A stretch of 64,000 bases of DNA from Chiloscyllium plagiosum. Taxonomy: Eukaryota. Below the pieces are notes generated by a model. It ran no database searches, was not told where the DNA came from, and was given only the letters and a program-made list of their open reading frames with translations. The translations under genes were made by a program, and so were the position numbers. How positions within the stretch are numbered: the first letter of the stretch is position 1; each line of letters opens with the position of its first letter. The DNA lies in contig NC_057718.1 of assembly GCF_004010195.1 (NCBI RefSeq), positions 50,849,018-50,913,017 of the forward strand, in the 5' to 3' direction. Below are positions 26,470 through 38,377 of the stretch, piece after piece.

Positions 26470-28258
26470 CCAGAGAGGCAAGAGAGCTACAAAGTGGACA
26501 TTGGGCCACTGGAAAATGACGCTGGAGAGATAGTAGTGGACAACAAGGAAATGGCTAAGGAACTGAATAATTACTTCGCATGAGTCTTCACAGTAGAAGA
26601 CACAAGAAATATCCCAGAAATTCAAGAGAGTGAGGGAGCAGAGCTGAGCATGGTGGCCATCACCAAGGAGAAGGTGCTAGAAAAAATGAATAGCCTGAAG
26701 GTGGATAAATACCCCTGGACCAGATGGAATACACCCAAGAGTTCTAAGGGAGATAGCTGAAGAGATAGCAGAGGTGGTAGTGGTGATCCTTCAGGAATCA
26801 CTGGATTCAGAGAGGGTCCCAGAGGAATGGAAAGTTGCTAACATGACACCTCTGTTTGAAAAGGGAGTAAGGCAAAAGATTGAAAATTACAGACCAATTA
26901 GCCTAACCTCAGTTATGGATAAGATCATGGAATCCATTGTGGAGGATGAGACTTCTGAATACTTGGAGGTATACGGTAAAATAGGGCAGAGTCAGCATGG
27001 TTTCATCAAGGAGAGGTCATGCCTGACAAATCTACTGGAATTCTTTGAGGAGATAATGAGCAGATTGGACCAAGGAGAGCCAATGGTTGTTATCTGCCTG
27101 GACTTCAAGAAGGCCTTTGACAAGGTGCTGCACAGGAGGATACTGAGTAAGATGAAAGCATATGGTGTTAGAGACACGGTGCTAGCATGGATAGAAGCTT
27201 GGCAGTCTGGCAGGAAGCAGAGAGTGGGATAAAAGGGTCATTCTCAGGATGACAGCCAGTGTTCTGCAAGGCTCAGTGCTGAGCCTTTTCATTTCATACA
27301 TTAACGACCTAGAGGAAGGAACTGAGGTCACTTTGGCTAAATTTGCAGATGACACAAAGATCCGTAGAGGGTAACAGTGAAGAGACAGGGAGGCTACAGA
27401 AGGATTTGGACAGGTTCAGAGAGTGGGCAAAGAAGTGGCAGATGAAATACAATGTGGGAAAGTATGACGTCATGCATTTTGGTAGGAAGAATAGAGACGT
27501 GAACTATTTTCTATATTAGGAGAAAATTCAGAAGTCTGAAGTGCAAAGAGACTTGGGGGTTCTAGTCCAGGATTCTCCCAAGGTAAACTTCCAGGTGGAG
27601 TCAGTAGTTAGGAAGGTAAATGCAATGATTGCATTTACTTTGAGAGGACATGAATTTAAAAGCAGGGATGTACTTCCGAGGCTCTACAATGCTCTGGTCA
27701 GGCCACATTTGGAGTATTGTGCACAGTTTTGGGCCCCATATATCAGGAAGGATGTACTAGCCCTGCAGCATGTTCAGAGGAGGTTCATGAGAATGGTCTC
27801 AGAAATGAACAGCTTAACAAATGAGGATTGTTTGAGGACACCGGGTCTATACTCAATGGAGTTTAGAAGAATGAGGAGGAATCTAATTGAAACTCATAGG
27901 ATACTGAATGGCCTGGACAGAGTATATATTGGGAAGATGTTTCCATTGGTAGGAGAAACTAGGACCCTAGGGCATAGCCTTAGAGTAAAAGGGAGACCTT
28001 TTAGAACAGAGATAAGGAGAAACCTCTTGAGCCAGCCAGTGGTGAATCTATGGAACTCACTGCCAAAGAAGGCTGTGAAGGCCAGATCATTGAGTATATT
28101 TAAGACGGAGATAGATATGTTCTTGATTGTCAACAGGATCAAGGGTTATGGGGAGAAGGCAGAGAATGGGGATGAGAAATATTTCAGCCATATTTGAATG
28201 ACAGAGCAGACTCCTTGGGTTGAATGGCCTAACGTATGCTCCAATGTGTTATGGTCTA
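26470..28258 (+). mobile_element. CR1/HER1-type LINE, 5'-truncated ORF2 (RT) pseudogene
   Basis: NYRPISLTSV, QHGF..RSCLTNLLEFFE, LDFKKAFDKV, KFADDTK, RPHLEYCAQFWAP; stops and frameshifts; 3' UTR present. Confidence 0.95.
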
Positions 28259-29739
28259 ATGAGAGATGCAAGGGAATATGAGAGTGAATGGAGGTGCTGA
28301 GAGACAAAGACTCAAGAATATTCATCATGGGCTCAACTGGACTGATGTCACAGTAAACAGAGCCGGGGTTCTTGCCCTCAGCCTTGTCATCCAATCACCT
28401 CAATTGCTGCCTTCGCCTGTCCCTGGAGAAAGTGGGATGGACTTCATTCTGGCCCCCCTTCTGTGGAACGAAATTAAGGTGGACAAGGCCTCTTTTGACA
28501 GACACAGGTTTGAGGAGTTGGGAATATTCCAGATTCAGAAAACCAAATCTCCTTGACACATTTCTGGCTGTTAGAATAAAACCAGGATATGTAACAACTT
28601 GAAGACTTCTCTACAGGTGGTAGTGACACACTGCAAAATAAAATGCTGCACTTCAATAAATCACAATTTAGTAGAACATGACTAAACTCATTAATAGCGC
28701 TTGCTTGTAAGTTTAGACATTCAATGAAAATAGTTGAGTTCCATTTTAAGTTCTAACCTTTCCATGCTTTCAGACTCAGTCCATTATCACAGTCCATAAA
28801 TTCCTGAACAAAAAATAATCTGCCAGAAATGAAAATAGGAATAAAAATCCCATTACAGAACCTATTGCGGAAAATGTCTGGAAACATCACCTTTTCTATG
28901 TTCCTTTAATCCTATCAAAATTCATTTTGATGAATTATTCCTGTTTCCACTAATATTTTGTTTGGCACAGATGCCCTCCATTTATCAATTAGAATGCAGT
29001 TTGCTATTTAATCATGGTCCTAAATTAAACAGGGATTTTGTAAATGAAATATTTTCTTCCAAAAAATTACTTTGTAATGAAAACTACTGGTCAAGCTCAT
29101 AACACCTTTTTGCAACAAGTCATTTTTAATTATGCCATTTACTTGCACTGCACATTTTGTAACAGACTGAAATTATTATTGAGTGAATTGTCGACAACAC
29201 CTTTATCTTGCTTACACAAACTTCCAAATTGATGGATGGGCTTGTCATGCCATGTAGCCCTTACTAAACATCAGCGTCATTGTAGGGTCTTGTAGAGACA
29301 AACTTTACAGTCATTTTGTACCCTTTCTTTATCTTGTAATTTCCCACTGCATCTGTACATTTTTGCTCTCTCTTGACAGTTCCATTCATTTGACTAATTA
29401 CCACGAGTCTTCAGAGAGTTTTCTTTACAGTGTGTAATCGAGAATACAGACGCCTGGTCTGTTAATGACTTTTAAAGAGAGAGTAGACTTGATATGAATT
29501 CAATAAGAGCTGTTAATCATCTTTAAAAAAAACACTTTCAGCATCTGTTTAGTCTGGTGACTGCATCCATCTATTTACATTAAATGGCATTGCATCTTAT
29601 CTTATTATTCAAAAATGCAGCTGAATAACACATGAATACACAGCTAATTAACAGTTTTATGGAGTATAATTAGATAGAAATGTAATCCAAAGATTAATTT
29701 GTGCTGGAATGCAACCAGATGTACAAAATTTTCAGAACA

Positions 29740-30102
29740 TTGATACACACAAGATTCTGAGGGAACTTGACAGAATCAATGTTTTTCTGTTGCAGGAGAT
29801 TGTCAGGGCAGAAGCCATAAACACAGAATATGTGGTTGTCCATTTAAGATATGAGATAATGAGGAATTTCTTCTCTCAGAGTGTAATAAATCTGTGGAAT
29901 TCTTTACCATAAAGGAATGCAGAAACTAGATCATGAATCATATTCAGGGCTGAGATAGACAGATTTTTAATCAGACAGGGAATCAAGGATTATGGGGAAA
30001 AGAGAGGAAAATGGTCTTGAGGATTATCAAACAGCCATGGTCTCAGTCAATAGTGAGCAGACTCAAGGGGCTGAATATCTGCCTTTGCTCCTATGTCTTA
30101 TT
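29740..30102 (+). mobile_element. CR1 3' fragment
   Basis: RNFFSQSVINLWNSLP and a 3' UTR like 28020-28258. Confidence 0.8.
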
Positions 30103-30169
30103 GAACAGTATAAGGCTAATACAGCTTCAGATAAACCTATTTTAAGATGACAATTTACAATTTATGTTA

Positions 30170-31370
30170 TTGCTGAACAATAATACATTTTGTCAAAGCT
30201 TTTCATCTTGCTATTATCAGGATAAGTTGCAAGAAATACCCAAATAAAACAACACTGTGCTGTATGAGAGGAGAGTACTGACTGATTCGCAAGTGGACTC
30301 TGAATGGTAGAAGCTTTGGAATGGAAAATACACCCATTAATGATGATGGACAGTTAACTATCAAGTTGGTTTAAATTTTAACAATGTAAGTTAACGTCAT
30401 GCTTGTAGTGAAGAGTGAATGTATCAAACAGATACAGTGAATGTATCTGTTTGATACATTCTGCCAGACTTTGGGACAGATCGTCTATGCACTAACAACA
30501 TAATGACTTATTTCTTATTTGTGAGATTGGCAGAACATCTTTTTGGGTTGATGGAAGCTTCCTGATAGTGGCTAATACCACTGACATTACAGAGTACTGG
30601 TGTGAAAAAGGTTGCTTTACCCACTATTCAAACTTCAGAGATACTTTACTGAGGGTAATCTGAAGGACACTGGGCATTTTTCAAAACCATTAATGACAAC
30701 CACACGATTTTGCATGGTGTACATTGAGAAATAATTTTGAAAAGCTATTCATATTGCTACTATGTAGTTGCTACAGGAATGCTGCTCACTACTAAAAGCA
30801 TGTTGCAGTCATATCCCCTTCAGCAGTTCAAAACTAGCAATGCCCTGCCAGCCAGTGTTTGCAAAGTCAAAACAGTATCCAACATTAGATGTGTTTCTCA
30901 AATTGGAGTATGTTTACTGCATAACTCTGAGTGTATGACTAATTAAGCTGACACCAATTTAGACTTGTCTGGCAGCCCACAATATCACACATAAGCATGT
31001 GCCAGAAGATTCATATATTAATGTGTAAGGCATTGTTCCTTACAGATAGAAAGAATTATGCACAAAGCACTTTGCTTATTTAAACACACACAAATAGATT
31101 ACAGCCATTCTTGAGTTCATTACTCAATGCCTTGACCAAAGGCAACCTACCCCATCTAAGATATCAACAAAACCTGGCATTTAACTGTCCGTCATCATTA
31201 ACTAGTGTAGTATCCATGACAATAAAAATCAGAATCTAGTTGTCAAATAGTCAGCAATCTCCTCTCAAGCAATATTAATGTTTTCCTTTTACATTAGCAT
31301 TTGTTGCAAATTGTCTGATGAGTGCAAGACATTACATTTTACCAGAATGTATATTTCTTTCAGCACACAC
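30170..31370 (+). mobile_element. Second, older PLE family: partial ORF between inverted terminal repeats
   Basis: About 200-bp diverged inverted repeats (30170-30375 and 31170-31370) with hammerhead-like CTGATGAGTGCAAGAC; ORF remnant CYYVVAT...IRCVSQIGVCLLHNSEC resembles a PLE endonuclease C-terminus. Confidence 0.6.
30417..30461. repeat. Perfect 20-bp-stem hairpin
   Basis: gaatgtatcaaacagataca-gtgaa-tgtatctgtttgatacattc. Confidence 0.95.
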
Positions 31371-32634
31371 AAGATCAGTGTTGATAAGTTATTCCCTTTA
31401 AATATCTATGAAAATTTACATCTAAAATAAAGAAAACTTTAACCTCAGGATATTGTTTACAGCTTGGACAGGTGCTAATACTACTACTTTTCGAGAATAC
31501 TCCAAAAGTTGACAACATTGATCAATACAGTCAATGTGCCCGAAGCTCAAAAGTATTACCATTTTCTTATTATCAGCTACGAATGGAAGTTCGTTGAATT
31601 TGTCAAAACGTACAACACATACTAAATGCTGTCACTTGCACGTTAATACAAAAGACTGACTTTCAGCCATACCAACAGATGTAGTGGGATTTAAAAACCT
31701 ATGCACCAATTAAGGAAGTTCATCAGGAACTGTCACAATGATTGTATTTCTGTTTTTGCTGTCTTAGTCTTGATTATAAATGCAAACTGCAAAGGGAAAA
31801 CAGTTTTAAAAAGCTCACTGCCACTAAGTAAACTCCAAACTATCCTTTATCTATATATTGAGAGATTAATCTCTCCCATGCTTGGTTTTAAGGTGATTTT
31901 CAAAACTAGATTGAAAGTGGACTGGATTTTACACCCACTGTGTTGTTTCCATTCTGACCACATTGTAACTTTGAGTTTAACAATTTTAAGTCTCACCTGC
32001 CTTGGAGGTGTATCGTGACATGTCCAAACAGTTGGATTAAAAACAAAACAACTTTCTAGCAATCTCCTGGAATAAGGAACACCTACCATTAGTAATATAC
32101 TGTCTGTTTGGTGAATTACATGGCTGCTGCAGGACTTAAAGACTTGGAAAGGTAATTTTAAAAGATAGGCTTTTTTGGGAGAAAATTAATCTTGAATCAT
32201 AAATTTAATCAGAGATTTCAATGGAAAAAGGTGGAAATACAAACTAAGTGATGATTCCTCAAATGTGACTAAGGCAAGTAAAGCAGAAGACTGTGGCATT
32301 TAAATGCTCCAATCAGCACTCAGAAAATGTGGATGCATGTCTACAGCATACTTAGAAATCTCAATAGAATAGTCTTGGTAGAGTCCATTTTACCATGCTC
32401 CTGTGAAGCCTTGGGAACTAGCATTATGTTAAAACTGTTACATAAGCTGTTGTTCATTGAGGCAACATTGAAGCCATTTCTGAATCAAAGGCAAACAACT
32501 CAATGAAAAAATTAAAAATACCAATTACTGTAAAGTGATCCCGACTAACATATTTGAAACCAGTTCAAGCTGCTTTAAGATCACAGAATGCAACAAACCT
32601 CCTTTGCACTTTGATATTTTATATTGTTGATCCT

Positions 32635-32960
32635 TCAAGGTAAGTCATCTTCACCCTCTGAGCTGTTTGAGTTGCTACCAGAACCCTTAAGTGAAACCTT
32701 CAGAGTCACCTCATAGAGCTTCCTTTGACAGGCATGAGAATGCATTCCAGATTCATGCACTTCATGGAAGATTTGCTTTGGTAAGCACGTGTCAGACATT
32801 CCAGCAAAATGACCAACCAAACTAGTTTGTTACTGTCTCAATATGCTGCAGATACTTAGTATGTCAGCTCAATTGATCACTACAGTGTCTGTTTCATTTT
32901 GCCCTGCTAGTCTGATCTGTGCAAGCTTCTGCAGGCAGCTCAAGTGAATGCATTTGAAGT
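32635..32960 (-). mobile_element. RTE-clade LINE C-terminal fragment
   Basis: GHFAGMSDTCLPKQIF...GMHSHACQRKLYEVTLKVSLK resembles the RTE motif WxGHxxRMxxxRLPKxxxxxExxxGxRxxGxxRKRxxDxLK. Confidence 0.7.
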
Positions 32961-32994
32961 TCTTGACATTTTACAGAACAATGGTTAAGCATTG

Positions 32995-33257
32995 GGGGTG
33001 GCACGGTGGCTCAGTGGTTAGCACTGCAGCCTCACATCATCAGGGACCCGGGTTAATTCCAGCATCAGGCAACTGTCTGTGTGGAGTTTGCACATTCTCT
33101 CTGTGTCTGCATGGGTTTTCTCCAGGTGCTCTGGTTTTCTCCCACAACACAAAGATGTGCAGGTTAGAGAAATAATGAATTGGATATGAGTGAGTTAATC
33201 TTTGGAGGGTCGGTGTGGACTTTTTCGGCTGAAGGGCCTGTTTCCACACTATAGGGG
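32995..33257 (+). mobile_element. HE1-type SINE (internal deletion)
   Basis: A and B boxes plus core homology. Confidence 0.85.
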
Positions 33258-33573
33258 TTTTAAGATGCCTACTATTTATGTGATATAACATATATGCATA
33301 ATCTTCCTTTTACATGATATTGTCAAAATGGTGATAAAATTCCTAAGTACACCACAGAATCTCACCTTATATAACAGCACCTGCTACATGCTCAGGTGAA
33401 TTCTTGGGAAGATAACATGGATAAAGGGGGCAATGAGTCCTGCATAACTCTAAGGGCACTGTCACGAGGTTGGAGGTCTCAGCATCTTCCTTCGAAACAT
33501 TCAGACCAATAATGATCAACAAGCACAATGAGATAATGTTAGGGATAATGGGATCAGTTAAGCTAACCGTTAA

Positions 33574-35140
33574 ACACAGAGCAGTACAGCACAGGAACAG
33601 GCCCTTCAGTCCATCATGTCTATGCCTAGCATGATGCCATTCTAAACTAATCTCACCTGTTTGCACATGGCCCTTATCCCTCTATTCTCTGCCTGTTCAT
33701 TTGTCTGCGTAAATGCTTCTTAAATATTGCTATTGTATCTGCCTCTACCACCACTCCAAGCAGCACATTCCGGGTACTTACCACCTACTGTTTAAAAACC
33801 TTGTCTTGTACAGTTCCTTTAAACTCCCCCTCTCACCTTAAACCTATGCCCTCTAGTATTTGACATTTTAACTCTGGGAAAAAGACTCTATCCACTCAAT
33901 CCATGCTCCATAATCTTATATACATCTATCAGGTCACCCCTCAGCCTCCAGCGCTCTATTGAAAACAATTCAAATTTGTTCAAACTCTCCTTATAGCTAC
34001 TACATTCCAATCCATGCAACATCCTGGTAAATCACTTTTATACCCTCTCCAAAACCTCCACATCTTTCCTACAGTGTGTTGTCCAGAATGAGACACAATA
34101 CTTCAAATGTAGCATAGCTAAAGTTTTATACAGATGCAACATGACTTGCCGACTTTTATTCTCAATTTCCTCCACTGATGAAGGCAAGCATGCCGTTCAC
34201 TTTTTTTTTTAGCACCTTATCCACTTGTGTTGCCACTTTCAGGGAGCTATGGACTTGGACCCAAGATCCCTCAGAATAACAATGCTCCTAATGATCCTGT
34301 GTTTACTGTATACTTTTTTTTTCATTTGACCTGCCAAAATGAATCACCTCACATTTGTCCAGATTAAACTCGATCTGTTATTTCTCTGTCCAACTTTCTA
34401 ACTGATCTGTGTTCTGCTATATCCTTTGACAACCTTCTTCACTATCCACAACTCCACCAATTTTTCTACCGTCTGCAAACTTATTAATCAGAACATCTAC
34501 ATTTTCATTCAACCCATTTATAGACATATATTACAAATAACAGAGGTCCCAGCACTGATCCTTGCAGAACACCACTGGTCACACACCTCCAGTCTGCAAA
34601 AACAATTCCCCCAAAACTACCCTGTCGTCTATGACAAGTCAATTATGTATCCAACTTACCAACTCACTATGGATCCTATATAACTTCTGGACCAGCCTGC
34701 TATGAGGAACATTGTCAAATGATTCAGTAAAGTCCATGTAGATATCTACTGCCGATTGTCAATCCACCTTGGTCACTTCCTCAAAAAACTCAATCAAATT
34801 TGTAAGACAAGACCACATCCACACAAAGCCATGCTGACTATCCCTCATAAGTCCATTCTTTTCCAACTGCAACTAAATCCTGAAATCCTGTCCTTAAGAA
34901 CCTTCTTTAACAAATTCCATACCAAGATATAAGGCCCATCAGCCTATAATTTCTTGGATTATCCCCGTTGCCTTCCTTCAACAAAGGAACAACATTGACT
35001 ATTCTCCAGTCTACTGGGACCTTACCAAGGATCCAAAAATCTCTGTCAATGTCCCAGAAATCTCCTCTCTTGCTCCCTCCAGTGTCCAGGGATAGATCCC
35101 ATCATGTCCTGGGGACGTATCTACCTTAATACCTCTCACA
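33574..35140 (-). mobile_element. CR1-type LINE RT pseudogene
   Basis: Minus strand has SQHGFV, FFEEVTKVD, MDFTES, KFADG degenerate RT motifs; 3' tail at 33574. Confidence 0.85.
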
Positions 35141-35331
35141 TCCCCTGTACCTCTTGCCCAAAGATTTATTCCTAGTACTCATATGATCAACAAAGGAAAT
35201 AGCTTATGTGTGTTTATCTTGTTGAAACCTGGTATCAGACTGTCCACTTCTATCAGAGCCCACTCAACCACTTTCATGACAAGGAGAACAATTCCAGTTT
35301 TCAAATTTAACTATGCAGCTAAATTGCTTCA

Positions 35332-36295
35332 ATGGCTTTGTGCGTGGGAAATCATGTCTCACAAACTTGATTGAGTTTTTTGAGGAAGTAACAAAGAGGA
35401 TTGATGAAGGCAGAGCGATAGATGTGATCTATATGGACTTCAGTAAGGTGTTCAACAATGTTCCCCATGGGACTCTGATTAGCAAGGTTAGCTCTCACGG
35501 AATACAGGGAGAACTAACCATTTGGATACAGAACTGGCTCAAAGATAGAAGACAGAGTGTGGTGGTGGATGGTTGTTTTTCAGACAGGAGGCCTGTGACC
35601 AGTGGAGTGCCACAAGGATTGGTGCTGGGTCCTCCACTTTTTGTCATTTACATAAATGATTTGGATGCGAACATATGAGGTACAGTTAGTAAGTTTGAAG
35701 ATGACATCAAAATTGGAGATGTAGTGGACAGCGAAAAGGGTTATCTCAGATTACAACAGGATCTTGACAAGATGGGTCAATGTCCTGAGAAGTGGCAGAT
35801 GGAGATTAATTCAGATAAATGCGAGGTGCTGCATTTTGGGAAAGCAATCTTAGCAGGACTTATACATTTAATGGCAAGGTCCTAGGGAGTATTGCTGAAC
35901 AAAGAGGCCTTGGAATGCAGGTTCATAGCTCCTTGAAAGTGGAGTCGCAGGTAGATAGGATAGTGAAGGCGGCGTTTGGTATGCTTTCCTTTATTGGCCA
36001 GTGGGGTCGGGGAGTCCAGAACTAGAGGACATAGGTTTAGGGTGATAGGGGAAAGATATAAAAGAGACCTAAGGGGCAACTTTTTCACACAGAGGGTGGT
36101 ACGTGTATGGAATGAGCTGCCAGAGGCTGGTACAATTGCAACATTTCAGAGGCATTTGGATGGGTATATGAATAGGAAGGGTTTGGAGGGATATGGGCCG
36201 GATGCTGGCAGGTGTGACTAGATTGGGTTGGGATATCTGGTTGGCATGGACAGGTTGGACCGAAGGGTCTGTTTCCATGCTGTATGTGACTCTAT
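35332..36295 (+). mobile_element. CR1/HER1-type LINE RT fragment with an internal deletion near 36000
   Basis: [44 protein letters not shown]; jumps from MLSFIGQ to GESRTRGH. Confidence 0.95.
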
Positions 36296-37662
36296 CTTAA
36301 AACCATTTGGTAAATCGCCTCTGCACCCTGTTGCACACTGTCAATGACCTCCATATCCTTCAGATATATTTCCCTGCATTTCCAAACACTCATACCTTTT
36401 TTAAAAAGATGGAAAAAAATGAAGGGGTAATTTGCAAGGCAAAGTGAGTTAATTGAATAAAAGCAGTGGGAATTTTCAAATTACTTATGGGGTCATGGGA
36501 AGTAATCAAAAATGTCAAAAATATCTAATGAAGAAAATGGAAATGAAAAATTAAGAGCTAAGAGAGTTAAACGTGAATGAAGTGTGATATATTTAAGTTG
36601 TACATTTACACCTTAGTAAATGTGTTGTTATATTTTATATATTCTAGTTCTTTTTTTCCTCTCTCATGACATTGTAAATTGAAGGATCTCAGAAAGAAGA
36701 CCAATAATAGTTTGGAATACTAATTTGTTACATTTGTACCTATCAATTTACCGTTCAGAAAAATACCACCCTTGTCCAGGAAATCTGTGATTAGCAAATT
36801 TACATATCTTTACTGCTTGACATGTACTGAAAAATGTAATTCAACTAACAGGACAGCATTTTTAATACCATACGGACCAACTTTCAGCACAGGTAGATTG
36901 GTATCGACAATTTAAAGATTGATTCTGTCAGAGACAGTGACTGACATACAAGCATGACTATTACAATCCAGTGATTATGGAATAAAATTTGATCAATTAT
37001 TGAAATTTATTCACAGTACATAGCATTAAATTTAGAATTATATTGTATAGTATTTTGGTGGACATAACAAATGTCATACAGCAGGAAGATAAACGAGGAA
37101 GATCAATAGACAGGAACCAATCATGATGGCTCATGGACAGGCAGTGCATCAAGGACATTGTGAGGCACATTAAATGTTAAAAAGAGTAGCTAGAAAGATT
37201 GAGCCAGTTCCCAAGTGAGAATGAAACTACTTCATTGAACTGCACGGCAGGATGCTGAACGGTGCCCAGGGCAGGAGCAGTGCTACTCTGCTGAAAGACC
37301 AAAGGGGAAAGGAAAAGCTGAGCTGAGCAGAAAGGTTAAAAAGAAAGCAAAGTCAGCTGGCCCACAGGGTGCTGTGAATTTGAGCACTGCTCTTTCTCCT
37401 GAAAGAGCAGGGCAAAAGTATAACATAAGCAAATAAAATTCAAGACAGATAAGACAGTATTCTAAACAAAAATGAATGCACCTGAGAAGAAAATGGAGTT
37501 CTAAATAAAAACAAAATTGGTTTTCTCCATTAAGTTGCCTCCAAAAAAATGTATCCAGGGATCACAATGCTGGATTAACATGTTGAAGTGGCACACAGTT
37601 GAATGGTTGCACACCTCAGTCAGCATGCAAAATTGAGAGAGACTAGTATCAGTAAAAGGTAA

Positions 37663-37880
37663 AAACAAAATGCTGTGCTGCGGAAAGTTTGAAACAAAAA
37701 CCTAGAATGCTGGACGTAGCAGATCTGGCAGCATCTGTGATGAAACAGTGTTAACATTTCAGGTCATGAGTTTCATCAGGAACATCTGATGATGTTCTTG
37801 TTACTTGAAACATCAACTCTGTTCCTTTATCCACATATACTGCCAGCTCAACTGCGTTTTCCCAGCATTGTTCCAGTTTA
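37663..37880. mobile_element. Older PLE-type fold-back mini-element with two hammerhead-like cores
   Basis: Diverged inverted arms; CTGATGA...GAAACATC on plus and CTGATGA...GAAATGTT on minus; flanks tatcagtaaaaggtaa and taccagttaaaggtaa. Confidence 0.65.
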
Positions 37881-38053
37881 TACCAGTTAAAGGTAATCTC
37901 CTTATTTTAAAGCAAGATTGTAATATGAAAAATCATGATCATCTCTAACCTACAGTTGACATTCATCCTCACCTAGCTTAGTATTGTTGCAAGCCTCACA
38001 GTCACAACTTGCAGTCTGTTGTACACATTGTTCATTAATGCACAAAAATGGTA

Positions 38054-38377
38054 CAGGTACGCAATCCTTTATCTGAAATCCATGGGGCCAGTGTTTTTCG
38101 GAATTCAGGATTTTTCGGATTTCGAAATAAATGACATTTTTACAATGAAATGAAAAGATTACCTAAACAGCAGACACACGTGTGAATAGTACGAGTGCTG
38201 AGACACAACTGACACTTGCCAATCCTGGGCCATGCCGCCATGTCACATCTGAGTGACGTGGGTCTGGAGTTGGGTCACTGTTCACATGCCAAAATGACGC
38301 TCCACACTTCAGGAAAAAAAATTCAGATTTCATAGCTTTTTGGATTTCAGAGTTTCAGATAAAGGATTGTGTACCTG
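38054..38377. mobile_element. Tc1/mariner-pogo (Tigger-like) MITE
   Basis: TIRs caggtacgcaatcctttatctgaaa and tttcagataaaggattgtgtacctg; TA on the left flank, CA on the right. Confidence 0.8.

Noticed and set aside
33574..36295. Single CR1 with a twin-priming inversion
   Set aside because: Both pieces have their own 3' tails, overlap in RT coverage and differ in divergence, so they are two insertions.
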